Source of the DNA: Gekko japonicus | Taxonomy: Eukaryota | Direction: 5' to 3' | Assembly: GCF_001447785.1 (NCBI RefSeq) | Contig: NW_015175988.1 | Location: 328,833-392,832 of the forward strand | DNA: 64,000 nucleotides | Shown here: positions 50,336 through 63,361 of the stretch, in pieces | Layout: every line of letters starts with the position of its first letter | Position numbering within the stretch: position 1 is the stretch's first letter | Made by a program: the position numbers and the translations under genes | The notes under the pieces: model-generated | Database searches by the model: none | Seen by the model: the letters and a program-made list of their open reading frames with translations, nothing else | Told to the model about the DNA's origin: nothing

Positions 50336-53300
50336 AGATCAGAAATCCCAGTCTGGGTGCAGTCCACAGCCCATTGACTACACAGCGGAGCTCTAACTGG
50401 ATGAAATTCTGAGAGATCTGTGAATATATATTTTCTCTCCTTGAAAACAACAGCCATACAAGGCTGCTTGTTGGCTTGGGATGGCAAAACAGGGGAGAAG
50501 GGTTTGAGCTGTTCCCTGATTCCGTTGTCCTGATCTGAAATGGTCCTGTGGTGCAGCTGTTTGCTCCGTGGGAGGGAGGGAGGGAACCTGTGCAACTGCA
50601 GTGGGGTTGTTGTGTAAATACCTGGGCTGCGGTCTGTCCTAGCCCTGAATAGTTTCCTGGTCATGCAGAGATCTAGATTGTTAATGGCCCCAGGCAATAA
50701 AGGAGATCTTGTGAGATGACCTTGCTCAGCTGAAGTTCTGCCCCCAACTCTCTGGAGATGGAATTTCAGGCAGTGTGGCAGAATGTTTTACCTGCTAGCA
50801 GTATGCCTCTAGGTTTCGGCTTACACCTCATCTAGCAATAATAGTGGATTTGCTTTTCTTTTTCTTCTAAGTGCAGAGCTTGCGGTCTGAGCAGTTGTAA
50901 CCTTATCAGGGTCATCAATTACAAATGTCATGAGCAAGTGGGATCCAGGGAGAGTCTCTGCTGGATCAAGAAATTCCCAGAAGTAGGGATATTCAAGCTC
51001 TGGTTACGTGTGCAATGCTGTTTGTGATGGACTAGAAAGCAGATAATAGCCAAGCAGATTGTGGAGTGCTTTTGGTGCATGAGCATCTGTCATCTGCTCA
51101 ACGGTTTGATGAATTTGGCATGCATCTGGCCAGTGAGCTTGTTCCTGGGCTATTCATTAATCTACACCTTAGCTAATTGACTTCTAGGTCTCTTAATCTT
51201 GCCTTTGGGGGTATCTTGCAAGATACCTGTTCCCACCAGCTGTCCGTGCAGGGGCTTAATGTTTGAATGGGGCTGGTTTGATATATGTAGACTCTGATGC
51301 ACACTTTTGACTTCCCGACTAAAACCTGGAAATTGATACTGCCACTCCTGCATATACTATATACGGAAAACCTGGAAATTGATACTGCCACTCCTATATA
51401 CATTGAATTGGGTGTTATTTGACCACATTATGCTTTGCCCACCGCCATCCCCAAAACAAGTGAGCGGTGGTGTCGAGGAGGGGGCAACTGGCTGAGTAGC
51501 CAGGAAGGCCTTGCACTGTTCTCTGCTGCCCACCGTGGAAGTCATCTGCTCTAGCTGTAGGGAGGAGCTATTTACAAGCCTGGATTGTGGTTCCCTGCAC
51601 ATGATTCCGTTCCCAGGGAATGGCAAGAATGAACATTACGCAGATGTGCCTGAAAGTCATTACTCGCAGTCGTTCTGCTAAGTCCCACTTCGGTCTGATT
51701 TCTAAAGTGGCTGCGTACAGGTTGACGGTGGTTTTTATCAGTACTTTGGGCATGAGAAGATTAATAGGTCGCCGCATTCTCCTGTTCTCTTTCGACAGTC
51801 CTTTGACAAGCCCTTTGGTTTTATGAGACTCCGGAGAGGCTGTTAAATGTTGAAAGGAACTTTTGCATGGAAGTTCATGAATCCCCAGTAAATTGAAGTG
51901 ATGTCCCTTCTAAGATTTCCCAGACATTTTAGCCTTGGGGTCTCTTGCCGGAGAAATCCGAGTGGAATGTCTATGCAGAATGTAAACAGTAGTACTGATT
52001 TAAAAAGCTGAAAGTGTTCCCCTGTATTCATATGAGATTCCGTTGTTCTGACGCAGTGGTACCTGAAATAGATGCAGAATCCTCACCCATATGAACGATC
52101 CCTTTGCCTTAATATAAAAGGGACAACCCAGCCACAAGAGTAACACCTAGAAAGGGGCAATAGAGTTCATGCCTTAGAGGTAGAAGAAGGTCCTGGCTTC
52201 CACCCCCTGGCATCTCTAGGGAATAAACTGGATTTTGGATGTTCAAGGCTAGGCTAAATGAGTGACGGGTCTAGTTTAGTATAAGGCAGGTTAACATGTT
52301 TCCATATCAGTTTAACACACGGCTCTGCCCCTTCTGTCAAAGCCCAAGGGGCAGCCCATGTTTGCAGGAATATCACATTGGAACCTGTGTTGTAGAGGAG
52401 GTTCAACACAATGTCTTCTGTGTCCTGAGTATTTAGTGTAAAACAATATCGATGGGATAGCACCTGGGTTGATTGGAGGTCAACATAGGGTTCTGGAATT
52501 TCCCCGTAGACTTCAATGAGGAGATAGCTGAAGCCTGTGGCCTATGAAAGGGAATGGGGGGGAGGGGACTAAGACGTGTGTCACACAGGATGGTCCAGTA
52601 TTGTAAACAGGAGTTTCTCATACTTTGCTAGCAACAGGAAGAAGGAAATGAGGCTATGCAGCCAAACTGACAGACTCCAGACAATGCTAGGCCCACCCTT
52701 GCATTGCATAAATTGCCAGAAGAGCTAGAGGCATAAAAATAACTTCAGATGTTTCCCCTTCCTTTTTATGCTTATTACAGGAGTATAACCAAATCCAATA
52801 CTAACTGTCCTGCATGGAATTTTCTTTGTTGCTGCCCCATGGTGGTGATATTGGAGAAGGATAATAATACATGTCCTACAAGAATTAGGACCAAGAGCTT
52901 GGGCTCAGTGGTAGAGCATCTGCCTTGCACGTAGAGAAGGTGCCAGGTTTGGTCCCTGGCATCTCCAGGTAGCAGGTGATGTGAAAGACCTCCACCTGAG
53001 GCCCTGGAGAGCCGCTGCCAAACAGAGTAGACAATTCTAAACTTGCTAGACCAGTGACCTGACTCAGCTTTCAGTGCACGTGCAGCAGCTGGGTAGGCAA
53101 ATAATGCCAACCACTACCTCTGAGCTGTTTCAGCTCCCCAAAATAGCACGGGGAGAATGCAGGTGCCCCTCTTTCCTCCTCATCTCCCACCATGGTCCCA
53201 ATCTGAATCAGACTCTTGCTGCCCTTTTATGCAGGAGTTGCCATTTGGGCCGAACTCATGTAAAGCCCAGCCTGTTGTCTGGCCTTCAGTAGAAGGTGGT

Positions 53301-54616
53301 TTCATGTGTTCATGTGGCCAAACCATTCCTGTGTGTCCAAAGTAGGACCTGCAGACTTCACCCACAGCAGTGAGTTTCATGAATCCCCATTTTACACAGA
53401 CATACGTGCCTCTTGCCATTCTCTGTAATTTGTAGATTCATGGTTAGGACTGCATTTCTCAAGCTTTGTTTTTAAAAGTAGCAAATAGACCTGGGAGAAA
53501 CAGGTTTGACTCCCAGGTTAGCCATGGCTTTTTGGGGTAGTTGTAGAGCAAAACTGTCCCTTGACTCCTATTTTCTCCCTGTGTAAAAGAAGGGATTATC
53601 AGATGTCTTGCTCACAGGATTACTGTCAAGGATATGTGAGGCGATGAAATGCTATCATCCCTGACCTTTACTGCAACGTGAACCACACCCAAGAGGCCGT
53701 ATTGCACAACCCAGGGTTGCACAATGCACCCAAGCATCCTCTCTGCAACTGCAAGGGATTCTCAGACATTGCACTTCTGCAGAATCATTGGCCACTTCAA
53801 AAATAATTGCAGCTGCTTGGGTTGTGGCAGGCCCATTACTCCGTATATCTGTTTTAAATAAAAAGCTGGTAAAATCTTGACCAGCAATTTAGCTAATTTT
53901 CTAGATATTTTAAAGCTCAGAATCCATGGATCTGTGTTGGGTCTCTAGGAAACTTCTCCCAGTGAGTTGAGCAATTCCAGAGGCATGTCTTGCTTTATTC
54001 CTGATCTACAAGGGGTCAGAGTGACTTGTAAATAATTCTGTCAAGCTAAGGATGTCAAGATGTCTTTGTTTTTGATTCTATGGCTGATAAATATCAAGGA
54101 ATGTGAAGGCTGTTGTTTTTCCAGTAGAGAGGCTGTGAATTGGTGGGATGGGCTATTCTTATTTAGGCCAAGGCTACATGCACAACTGTTGGTTTGTTCC
54201 TTCACAGTCTTGTAAATTCCACCATTCGAATAATAATGTGTCTGGAATACCATGGTAGGTATATCTGGTTGGGCTTTTAAACACAGGTATATCTGGTTGG
54301 GCTTTTAAACACACACACACACCTCTGTACAGTACAGCATTCTGATCCTCAGGAGTTCCTCAGCCATGTCTGCCTTCTGAAACTTCTGCCGGTGTTGTCG
54401 ATACACTATATCTTTGCTGCTACCTGGACTGGAATAAAACTTGGCCTTTGAAGTGTTAAAAAAACGAGACCTTGATTTCTCACAAAAGCTGAATTCTCCC
54501 CCCCCCCATACCATAGTCTGAACTTTTTCTGCCATCTTGAAGAATCAGAACATACCTAGAACAGTTGAGGAAAGAGGATGGAGAGGGCAGTGAGGAGCTC
54601 CAAACAGAGACTCATT

Positions 54617-55045
54617 GGGTGCGTTCAGATGGGGCGTTTCAGCCGGCATAAACTGTACCGGTTGGAACTGGTGCAGTTTATGCCAGCTGAAACGCAATCA
54701 CACTTACCTCCCTCACAGCAGAGCCCATCACTGTATGCCCATTCACATTTTAAAAAACAAATGTCGGGGCGAAGCTTTGCCCAAGCGCATATCGGCAACC
54801 TAAAAAAAAAATGGCGGGCGAAAATTGGAAGCCTTGGGCTTCCGAACGGAAGTGGCTAGACACTGGTGGAGAGCGATCAGACGGGGGTAAACCGATTACA
54901 ACAGTTGTACTCAGGATACCACCACTTGGGGACCTAGTGGCAGAGTACAACAGTTTAAAGGGCTTTGCAACGGTTAGGGAGCCGGTAAGTTCACCGATAT
55001 CAACTGGCACCTATTCCGTTGCAAATGCCCCGTCTGAACGCACCC
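54617..55045. mobile_element. PIF/Harbinger-like MITE
   Basis: TIRs gggtgcgttcagatggggc / gccccgtctgaacgcaccc; TSD ATT. Confidence 0.85.
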
Positions 55046-56029
55046 ATTGTGTCTAGTATTCTATCCAGTAGGACAAGGCTTGAGAATTGGCTCCAAGCTG
55101 TTGTAACAACATTTTGAGATTACCTGGGGAGACAGCTGGATGATATACCAATAGCTAGTCCTGTACCTCAGTCACAAATATATCTACTGGAAAGTCTCAT
55201 TGGTTTCAGCGGAAGTGCAGAAGGCTGCTGTTCTGTTTTATTCTTGAAATAATTATATTTTATATCTCAGGCCTCTTTGGCCAAACACGTTTTGAAGGGT
55301 CATGAGTTTGTCTGTAGTGCTTTCTCGCCTTTTCTGTTGTCACTTGCTGAAACTCATCTGGCTAATCTCAGTATTTCTGTGGATCCTTGAAGATGTGGCT
55401 GGAACATCTGAGAAGGGAAGCTGCTATTCCTGCTAGATGTTATTTTCTTGAGTGTTTACAGAGGACTAGATTATTTCAAATGGGTAGACTAGGAGGCAGA
55501 GAAAGGAACAGAGAAGTAAGGTCCTGTACTCCTTTGACTGTAACATGTAATGTTCTTCACGCACCAGCAATGTTGCCTCCTCCCTCCCAGGCACCTTAAT
55601 GAGGATTCATCATGGTAAAATTGGTATACAGTACAACTATGTGCACTCTTAGTACAAACCCATCAGTCTTTTAAAAGTGATGCTATTCACTAGGATGACC
55701 TACATGAGATAGTTAAGAATCTGGCAATGTACCACTCTGTGAATAGAAGAGCTCAGTAAACCATTTGTCTGATTCAGTATAAATTGTTGTTTTCTCGTGC
55801 ATTCAAGCACACACCCACTCTTTAACTCTCGGCAGGCTGACACAGTTGACCAAGCTTGCCTCAGAGTATTATGGGCTTTTGGTAGCATCCTAACAAGTGG
55901 CAAAAGGATAAAGAATTGTGGGAAATCTTAGAAAGTGAGGGAAGTCGTAAGTCTCCTCACTACTAAGCAGGTTTGTGAGACAGTCAGTTTACCAAGTGGG
56001 TACTATAAGCATTGTAGGACAACGTTTGT

Positions 56030-56205
56030 GTCCAATGGCACCTTTAAGACCAACAAAGTTTAATTCTGGGCACAAGCTTTTATGTGCCTGTGAATCCCCC
56101 CAAATGCTTATACCTTGAATTAAACTTTGTTGGTCTTCAAGGTGCCACTGGACATAAACTTTGTTGTATTGCTTCAGACCAACACGGCTACCCACCTGAA
56201 TCTAT
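56030..56205. mobile_element. Penelope-like end with inverted partial terminal repeat
   Basis: tggcacctttaagaccaacaaagtttaattc is inverted relative to gaattaaactttgttggtcttcaaggtgcca, followed by cagaccaacacggctaccc. Confidence 0.7.
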
Positions 56206-58200
56206 ACACACACGTTGATGTGTTCATCCTAGACTAAGTGGATTTTTATTTATTTATTTTTTTAAAATCCCACAGTCCCTTTTTTGGGAAAAGGAATGAA
56301 ACACCAGATTATTTGTGTGTCCTGCATGCAGGAAACATAAATAACGGAAGTTCCTCGCATACTCTCTGTTAAGAAACAAAACAGGACGGCTCAGATTAAT
56401 GGGTTCTTGAGAGTTTGTCACTGTTAATAAATCTAATAGTGCTAAACCAAGGATCAGAGAAAAGCACACATTCTCATCCTTTTGTCGTTTCTTTTCTACG
56501 TATGGGACCACTTAGTGGGTAATTCCACAGAGTCATAAATAAATATTTTTTTATCATCATACAGGATGTAAATTTCATTGCTAATCTGGTTGTACTAACA
56601 AATCTGAGAATTCTCCTGCATGTCGTCAGTGTGAGCAAAATCTGGTAAAGCAGCTGCTTTAAAATGCATCTGTGGAGATGCCTATTAGCTGCACCTGGTG
56701 CAAAGGCATCCCAAAGTTGTGTTGAATCATACAGGGATGTTTATGCCCACTCTTCAAATGGATTTAGGAATGTCATATATTTTTTCCTGGATTGCTTCGA
56801 TACTCTTTTTCTATCCTTTGCATGTCTTTGTTGAGAGAAATGGCTGCTTTCGCGCACACTAGATAACACACTTGCAATCCACTTTCAGTGCAATGTGCAA
56901 CTGGATTTTACTGTGTGAAATGTCAAAATCCACTTGCAGATGGGTTGAAACAGCATTATTTAGCACGTGTGAAAGCACCGAAGCATCCTTCTTGATGCCA
57001 TTCTGGTATCAAGCTAGGGTGTTGACTGACGTGAGGGGAGCATTTTAATGAGGCGGGCTTCTTACAGTTGTGTCAAGCCAACACACTTCTGTCCCAGATT
57101 TTTGTCCCTCCTCTTCCTTGCTTTTCAGATGCTTCTATATCCTGCACGTATTCCTTCTGCTTATGATTAAAACAGCCAGCATGGTGTAGCATTGGACTGG
57201 GATCTGGGGCACCCCAGTTCGGGTCCCCATTTTGCCAAGAAAGCTTACTGCATGACCTGGGCCCAGTCACTCTTTGTCCACTTAGAATACCTCACAGCAT
57301 TACTGCTGTGAGTATAATGGCAGAGCGGAGGATCATGTTGTTGTAAGCTGTTTTGGGTCCCTGTGGAGGAGGAAAACATGGTATATACATCTACAAATAA
57401 ATAAAAACTTTCCAGGACCTTGCCCCCAACCCTGTCTGTCTTCTCTGATCAAACAAAAAAAGGAAGCTTTGTAGCATCTTTTCAGAAACTTTGCAGTTCC
57501 CTCCCCTTCAAACCTAGCCACACCTTTGATTTCCTTAGCTTTATGCTGGGCATGGTTTTCTCTGGCAGGATCTTTCAACCAAGAACCCTTTCATGAAAAC
57601 CTGGTACAGTACAGGCGCACCAGAGGATCACAGCAATTGTAAGCTTCTGGTAGAGAAGGGAAGGTGACAGCAGTAAAAGGGAAATTGTGAAGATGAATAA
57701 AAAGTGTCATTCTGCTCCCTTAGGGGAAGTGGAAAGCGAAAGTGACGTCATCACGTCGGGGACATTGCGCGGCGACGCTCTGCATCTTGGGCAAAACTCT
57801 GTGCATTTTTTTGGCCTAAAACCGTAGAGTTTTCCCCAAAGAGTAGAGCATTTGCCACGTGACATCCTGATGTGATGGTGTCACTTCTGCATGACATCAT
57901 CAGGTTGGAGACAGGGCTTCCCCAACTGGCCAACAACGGGCAGAAGCCTGAAAAACCAGGGGAATCTCTGCCCAAACTGGGGTTCTGGCAGCCCTACTGG
58001 CAACCCTAAGTAGGTAGTAATTATTTAATTGTGAAGCTCTTCTTGATGGTCTGTGATTAAGTTATTTTAGTTGTTGCGTCTCATTTTTAAAGGTACCCTG
58101 GAGGCCCAACCAGCGCTGTGTTTGTTTCTATATACATAAATGAAAGGGCTAAAATCGACGTATTCCATGGTGCTTCTGGAAGCACGATAGAATTTAAACT

Positions 58201-58909
58201 TGGTGGTAATCGTTTGCCCCCCCCACTCGGAATAATGAGATGGACAACAGTTTGGATCAAACAAGGGCCACTTTATTAACTATATAACAGTTTATTAACC
58301 AAAAAACGGCAAGGGAGCATTTTCTAAGCAGTGGAACAGACAAGGCAGGTGTCAGGATGACCAGTCCCCTTGTCTAATATGTGGGCGAGCCACCAACCCC
58401 AATCTTGAGCCATTAATCTGGCTTGCAGCCAGCAGCCCAGCCACTGGTAGCCTCCCAGGAACGCCTACCCCTGAAACCATACAGCTTGCAGAGAGGAGCT
58501 TACCCAAGAGGTTCCCAGAGGGAATCATCATTCACCGCCCTGGGCCTTAATAACCCGCAGGCCGTTCCTGAAGACCCCCCAGTTCCCAAAACAAGGAACA
58601 GCTTAAGGTGCTCACCATTTTCCGCTTCCTTATCCCTGCACTATTCTGCAACTGCCCTGGGCGGGAGCGGAACGGAGCCTAACTAGGCTGGCTCCTCCCC
58701 ACCCACATCTCAGAGCGCTGCGCTGCGACGCCGTTGCCGCCCCGCCTTCCTCCGCGGCGGCAAACCAGCCCCCGGTCGCCATTGCCTTCGGCGGGCGACC
58801 GGGAGCTCCCTTTCCTTTTGTGATGAGGCTTGTGACCATTCTGTGTGGCTCTGGGGGGAAAAAATCCCTTCCCATGTTTGGGCAGATAACTTCTTAAGCA
58901 TCATCATCA
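58201..58909 (-). mobile_element. Possible solo LTR
   Basis: TG...CA-bounded ~700-bp block, two tttatt (AATAAA on - strand) near one end, CpG-rich core; no TSD found. Confidence 0.35.
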
Positions 58910-60157
58910 GACATTTGAATGGTTTAATACTTTGTTGCCTTCTAGGATTTTTTTCTTGTTAGAAAGCAAATTTAATTCCTGGGAAAGCCCCATGCGCTGC
59001 TGCTAATTAAGGGAAAAGAATGAAGGAGGAGCTCTGTGAAGGAAGAAAAAAATGTACCCAACAATGTTTGGCAAGAAGCAGTGGAAAAGGAGAGGCGTGT
59101 GTGTTAGTAAGACTTAACTATTGATGCGTGCAAAGTTTTCGTGTTAATTGGCCAACCAGGGTGTTCATCAGACTGGAGAAATTAGGAGTGCTGAGAAGAG
59201 CCCTTGGGACACAGGTGTCAGATTTATTGGCCTCTTGTTTTTGACCCCTGTGATCATTTTAATTTTGTTTGTTGGTAAATATTTGGTTTTTAGCAGATGG
59301 AATTCAGCTGTTTTTAACTCAGTGAACGTGGAAGGCACCTTATCCAGGGCCTTAAGTCCTTTCCTCCTCTCAACTTGGTGCTTGGTCAAAATCTCTACTC
59401 CTGTTTTAAGTGTAGCTGCAAGATGGATTGGGGACAGCAGTGAATGGATGGCAGTAGCAGAACAGAGCGAGGGACCTATTCACTAATGCTAGCTGGAGAC
59501 AGTAGATTTCTATCCAGGTTCTCAGAAAGGGTTTCTGAGGCTTGTCAGTCAGAGTATCTTCTATTTCTACAATACTGGCTATGAGTTGGGAACATATACT
59601 GTGTTTAAGTTGATAAGTGTTCATTCAAACCAGCCAAGATATTATCAGATCAAACAACAGCAAGAGAGGCTTAGGAATACCTATTTTTAACTTCTGTTTG
59701 GGCCGGCTTGTCCTAGTGCCACAGGAAGCATCACTGTATCTAGTTTCAAAGTCCTTGCTGCCAACTGGATAGCAAAGTCTACACATCAAGGCCAGGCGTA
59801 TCTGCATATCTGGGGGAGCTTCCAGAAATGCAAAAAAAATCTGATTTTTCCTTCCGTAACTGCCAAAATGTGGCCCAAAAAACCCAGACACCCCCAAAAA
59901 AGGGGTTCCTGCAGTCTCCGTATGTATCTAGGATACATTACAGGCGCATAAGGTGACAAACAGTGTAATCTTATGCAAAAATACTCCTGTCTAAACCCAC
60001 TGGATTCAGTGGGTTTACAGGCAATCAAAATAGTTATTGAACTCTCGTGAGACTTTGCCTTTAGGGTTGCCCTGGCAACCTTGCAGAAAGGCAAGACCTC
60101 CAGCTCCTGTTGTGCTGTGGAGCTTTGATGCAGTGTTGACACACCATAGTCACTATA

Positions 60158-60586
60158 GGCCCCTGCCACACGCAGGGGAAAAGGCGCGGCTTTTAAAAGC
60201 CGCGCCAATGTTGACACGGCGCAGCGGGATCTCACGGATCCCCCGGCCGCGCCGCCTTTTCTCCCCGGCACGATCAAACGCCGGGGAGAAAACACGCCCT
60301 ACTCGGGGGCCGGCCGAACTGCGCATGTCCGGGCATGCACAGTTCGGATCCGGGCCGGGGTTGAGCCGGCGCAGGGAAGCGGCGGCGATCAAACGCCCCG
60401 TTGCCGCGCCGCTTCCCTTTAAACCACCTAGATAGGTGATTTAGTTTGCGCCGGCTTATCCCGGGAAAGGGACAGTTCGGCCACGGAAGCAAGACGCTTC
60501 CCAGATGTGGTGGTGTGATCGCGCCGGTTTGATCCGGCCCCGAACTGTCCCGCTCCCGGACCAAATAGCCGCGTGTGAACGGGACC
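60158..60586. mobile_element. Young CpG-rich PIF/Harbinger-like MITE
   Basis: Imperfect TIRs ggcccctgccacacgc / gcgtgtgaacgggacc; TSD ATA. Confidence 0.7.
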
Positions 60587-62542
60587 ATAGTATAGTGAAT
60601 GTGTTGCTGAGGCCTGCAACTGTGATCCTAGTCACCTGGCATGTCTTAAAAGGATATAGAAAGAGCATATTTCGAACATAAAATTCTAGGTATTTGTCTT
60701 GCCGCCTGAACCTGTCCAAACCTACGTACGCCTAAACGCTTTGAAAGCAACGGACTTAAGTGTGCCCACCAATGCTAGGAATTAGGCTGTTTTGATTCCA
60801 GCTTCTGTGCATATCTCACCTTGCAGTACACCCTGCAAAAAGCAGTTCTTCATTTTTAAGAGGCAAATGGGTTGAATAGTTTGGAGGGAGGGAGGGAGGA
60901 GCTTACTGACAGGTTTGTTGTGCATGGATTTGCAGCACTATAAATATGACCTGATTTTTCAGGAAAATTCAGTTTTGCCAAAACACATATGCTGTGACCT
61001 AGACACAAATTGCAGGCCATGAAGCAAAATGCATCATGCTGACATTATGGCATAGGAATAGAAAAGTTAGGCAGTGCTAGATACTAGGCAAAAAGAGAGT
61101 TCCCAGCCCCTTTGATGGCCTGCACATTCAGCTGGAAGGCTGCAGCCCATGGCTTTGGCCACAAGATGTGCTTTAACTATTATGCATCCATCGATGTATA
61201 GTTCTGATAAGAGCTGTTCTTGAAAAGAGCAGTTTCTGTCAGAGCTCTCTCAGCCCCACCCACCTCACAGGGTGTCTGTTGTGGGGAGGGGGAAGGGAAA
61301 GGAGTTTGTAAGCTGCTCTGAGACACCTTTGGGTAGTGAAGGGCGGGGTATAAATCCAATCTCTTCTGTTCTTCTTCTTCTTCTTATTCTTCTATTATTA
61401 TTTTTAAAAAATTATGGGGGGGGGAGATTAAAGTTTCAAATCAATGTGTCTTGCCAACTCTCTCATAATTTTTGTGTTAACTTTTTTGCCCTGGTCTGTT
61501 AAAGAGATCGAATAGGGCTGAAGAGTGGATAAACAGTAAGCATTTGACCATTCACCATTATCTCTTTAATGAAGTAAAATCTGACTGACTGGCAGGTTAA
61601 TATTCATCTTATGCAAAATGGTTTTGAGCAAGAAGAAAAATGTTTGGGCTTCAAATATCGTTTAATGTCTTATAGGCTAATTTAAAATGTATATTTCAAA
61701 ACACTGACTATCAAGAGCCAAGTTCGGGTGTCAGTATATACATAATTTGGGCTAGGGCTGGGGCATGTTTTGAAAAGACAAGCTATTATGGGTGTTGCCT
61801 AGCTGCCAAGCAGTTGGCTTTGGTTTTCTCTAAAATTTATTCATTTTTAGTTTTAAAAAGATCCACTTAACTCTAATGAGTATGTGATAAAGAGAAGAGG
61901 ATGTTCTAGAAAATTGCTACTGACAGCTGGATTTTTAAGTTTGGCTTTCTTACGTGGAAATCATTTTTATAGTTTCCCATTCTGTCATAAATGAGGCTTC
62001 AACAATTTATGGGCCAGGCTAATTACTGGTATTGACTTTCAGAGGAGATCACGTCTAATCCAGCTGCTCCAGAGTTCCCTGGTTTATCATCTCTGCATTC
62101 CCCCCCCCCAGTTCTTCTCTGCTGCTCTCTCCCCATGAGTTTTTATGAGTAGTGCTTGTTCCAAAATAACAGAACATAAATATTATTTCCCTGTTTAGTA
62201 ATTTCCCTTTAAAAGGACAGGACCTCCTGGTATACAAACTCTTCTTTCACTGCAGTTCAGTTCTGTGGCTCACAGTAGGCCTCAATGTCAGACCTCTAAA
62301 CTCTGCTCTGGGAACTTGACCTAGAACTGAAATTGTTGCGGGCAAATTTGCCTCTTGCTGTCAGGGCCAAACTAAATGTATTGGTTACACAGCCCCGAAC
62401 AGAATCCATTCTACCCCTCCCTGTAAATGGGGGTGGGGAAGCTTTAAGTGCAGGAAGGGTGAGAGGTGAGAGCTTGTTCTCCACCCCACCCCCATCCATG
62501 TTCTCCTTCCGTAACACCGTCTTGTACTGGTTTTTCTTCCAG

Positions 62543-62585
62543 ATGTGGTTATTGCTGGTCTTGGATTAAAAACAGCTCTAAACAG
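62543..62585 (+). CDS. Probable 43-nt exon ((D/H)VVIAGLGLKTALN)
   Basis: Strong acceptor tggtttttcttccag, donor CAG|gttagg; open in phase 1, matching both exon 1 and exon 2. Confidence 0.45.
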
Positions 62586-62821
62586 GTTAGGTTCCACCTC
62601 TCCCTTAAGAGGGACCAATGAAAGCTGACAGAACGTTGGGTAGAAACCGTTGAAAAGCAGCAGTTAAGAGAGCAGTTGGGCATTGGCAGCTAACAAGCTG
62701 AGAGGAGAACGAGTGTGTCTGGCTAAATGAAACTCAGCCAGAAGAGCTGGCTGAAAATAGTCAATCCGTAACAACATGTATTCAGGTAGAACTTTATGAA
62801 GAAGAGATTCTGCCATACCAT

Positions 62822-63218
62822 CAGGGCTATTTTGGGGCAGGAACGCATAGGAACGGAGTTCCGGCTGGCTCCCAAGTTGGCCACACCCAGCAGGAACCTC
62901 ATTAGCATTATAGGCCACACCCAACAGCAGAAACTCATTAGGATTGGCTACATTAGGGGTGTGTGGCCTAACATGCAAAGGAGTTCCTGCTACAAAAAAG
63001 GCCCTGGGTTTTGACAACAAACAAGGTCAACAGAATAACAAGCAAAAGGTGGGTGTGGCTGGATAACCACACTTCTGGTAACATGGGGGTGCGTCCTAAT
63101 GTGCTAATGAGCTGTGCTGTCAGGGGTGTGGCCAAATATGCTAATGAGTTCCTGCTGTTGGGTGTGGCCTATTATGCTAATGAGTTCCTGCTGGGCTTTT
63201 TCTACAAAAAGAGCCCTG
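62822..63218 (+). mobile_element. Composite hAT MITE (CAGGGC...GCCCTG family)
   Basis: TIRs cagggct / agccctg, extra internal right end at ~63006; homologous to 29937-30313; flanked by a 37-bp direct repeat. Confidence 0.8.
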
Positions 63219-63361
63219 GGTAGAACTTTATGAAGAAGGGATTCCGCCATACCATCGTGTATAGTGTTGCCCTCCAACCTGGTTCCTGGTCGAGAATGAG
63301 ATGTGGTGAGGGCAGAAAGCGAGCAAAGCAAAAGTGGTCTAAAGTGAGAGGGAGTCTCCAA

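Noticed and set aside
60158-60586. Additional CpG-island promoters at 60.2 kb and 58.7 kb
   Set aside because: The CpG-rich patches fall inside a TIR/TSD-bounded MITE and a possible LTR.
62870-63200. CRISPR-like repeat array
   Set aside because: Eukaryotic DNA; the repeats are irregular, partly inverted subterminal motifs of a MITE, without unique spacers or cas genes.
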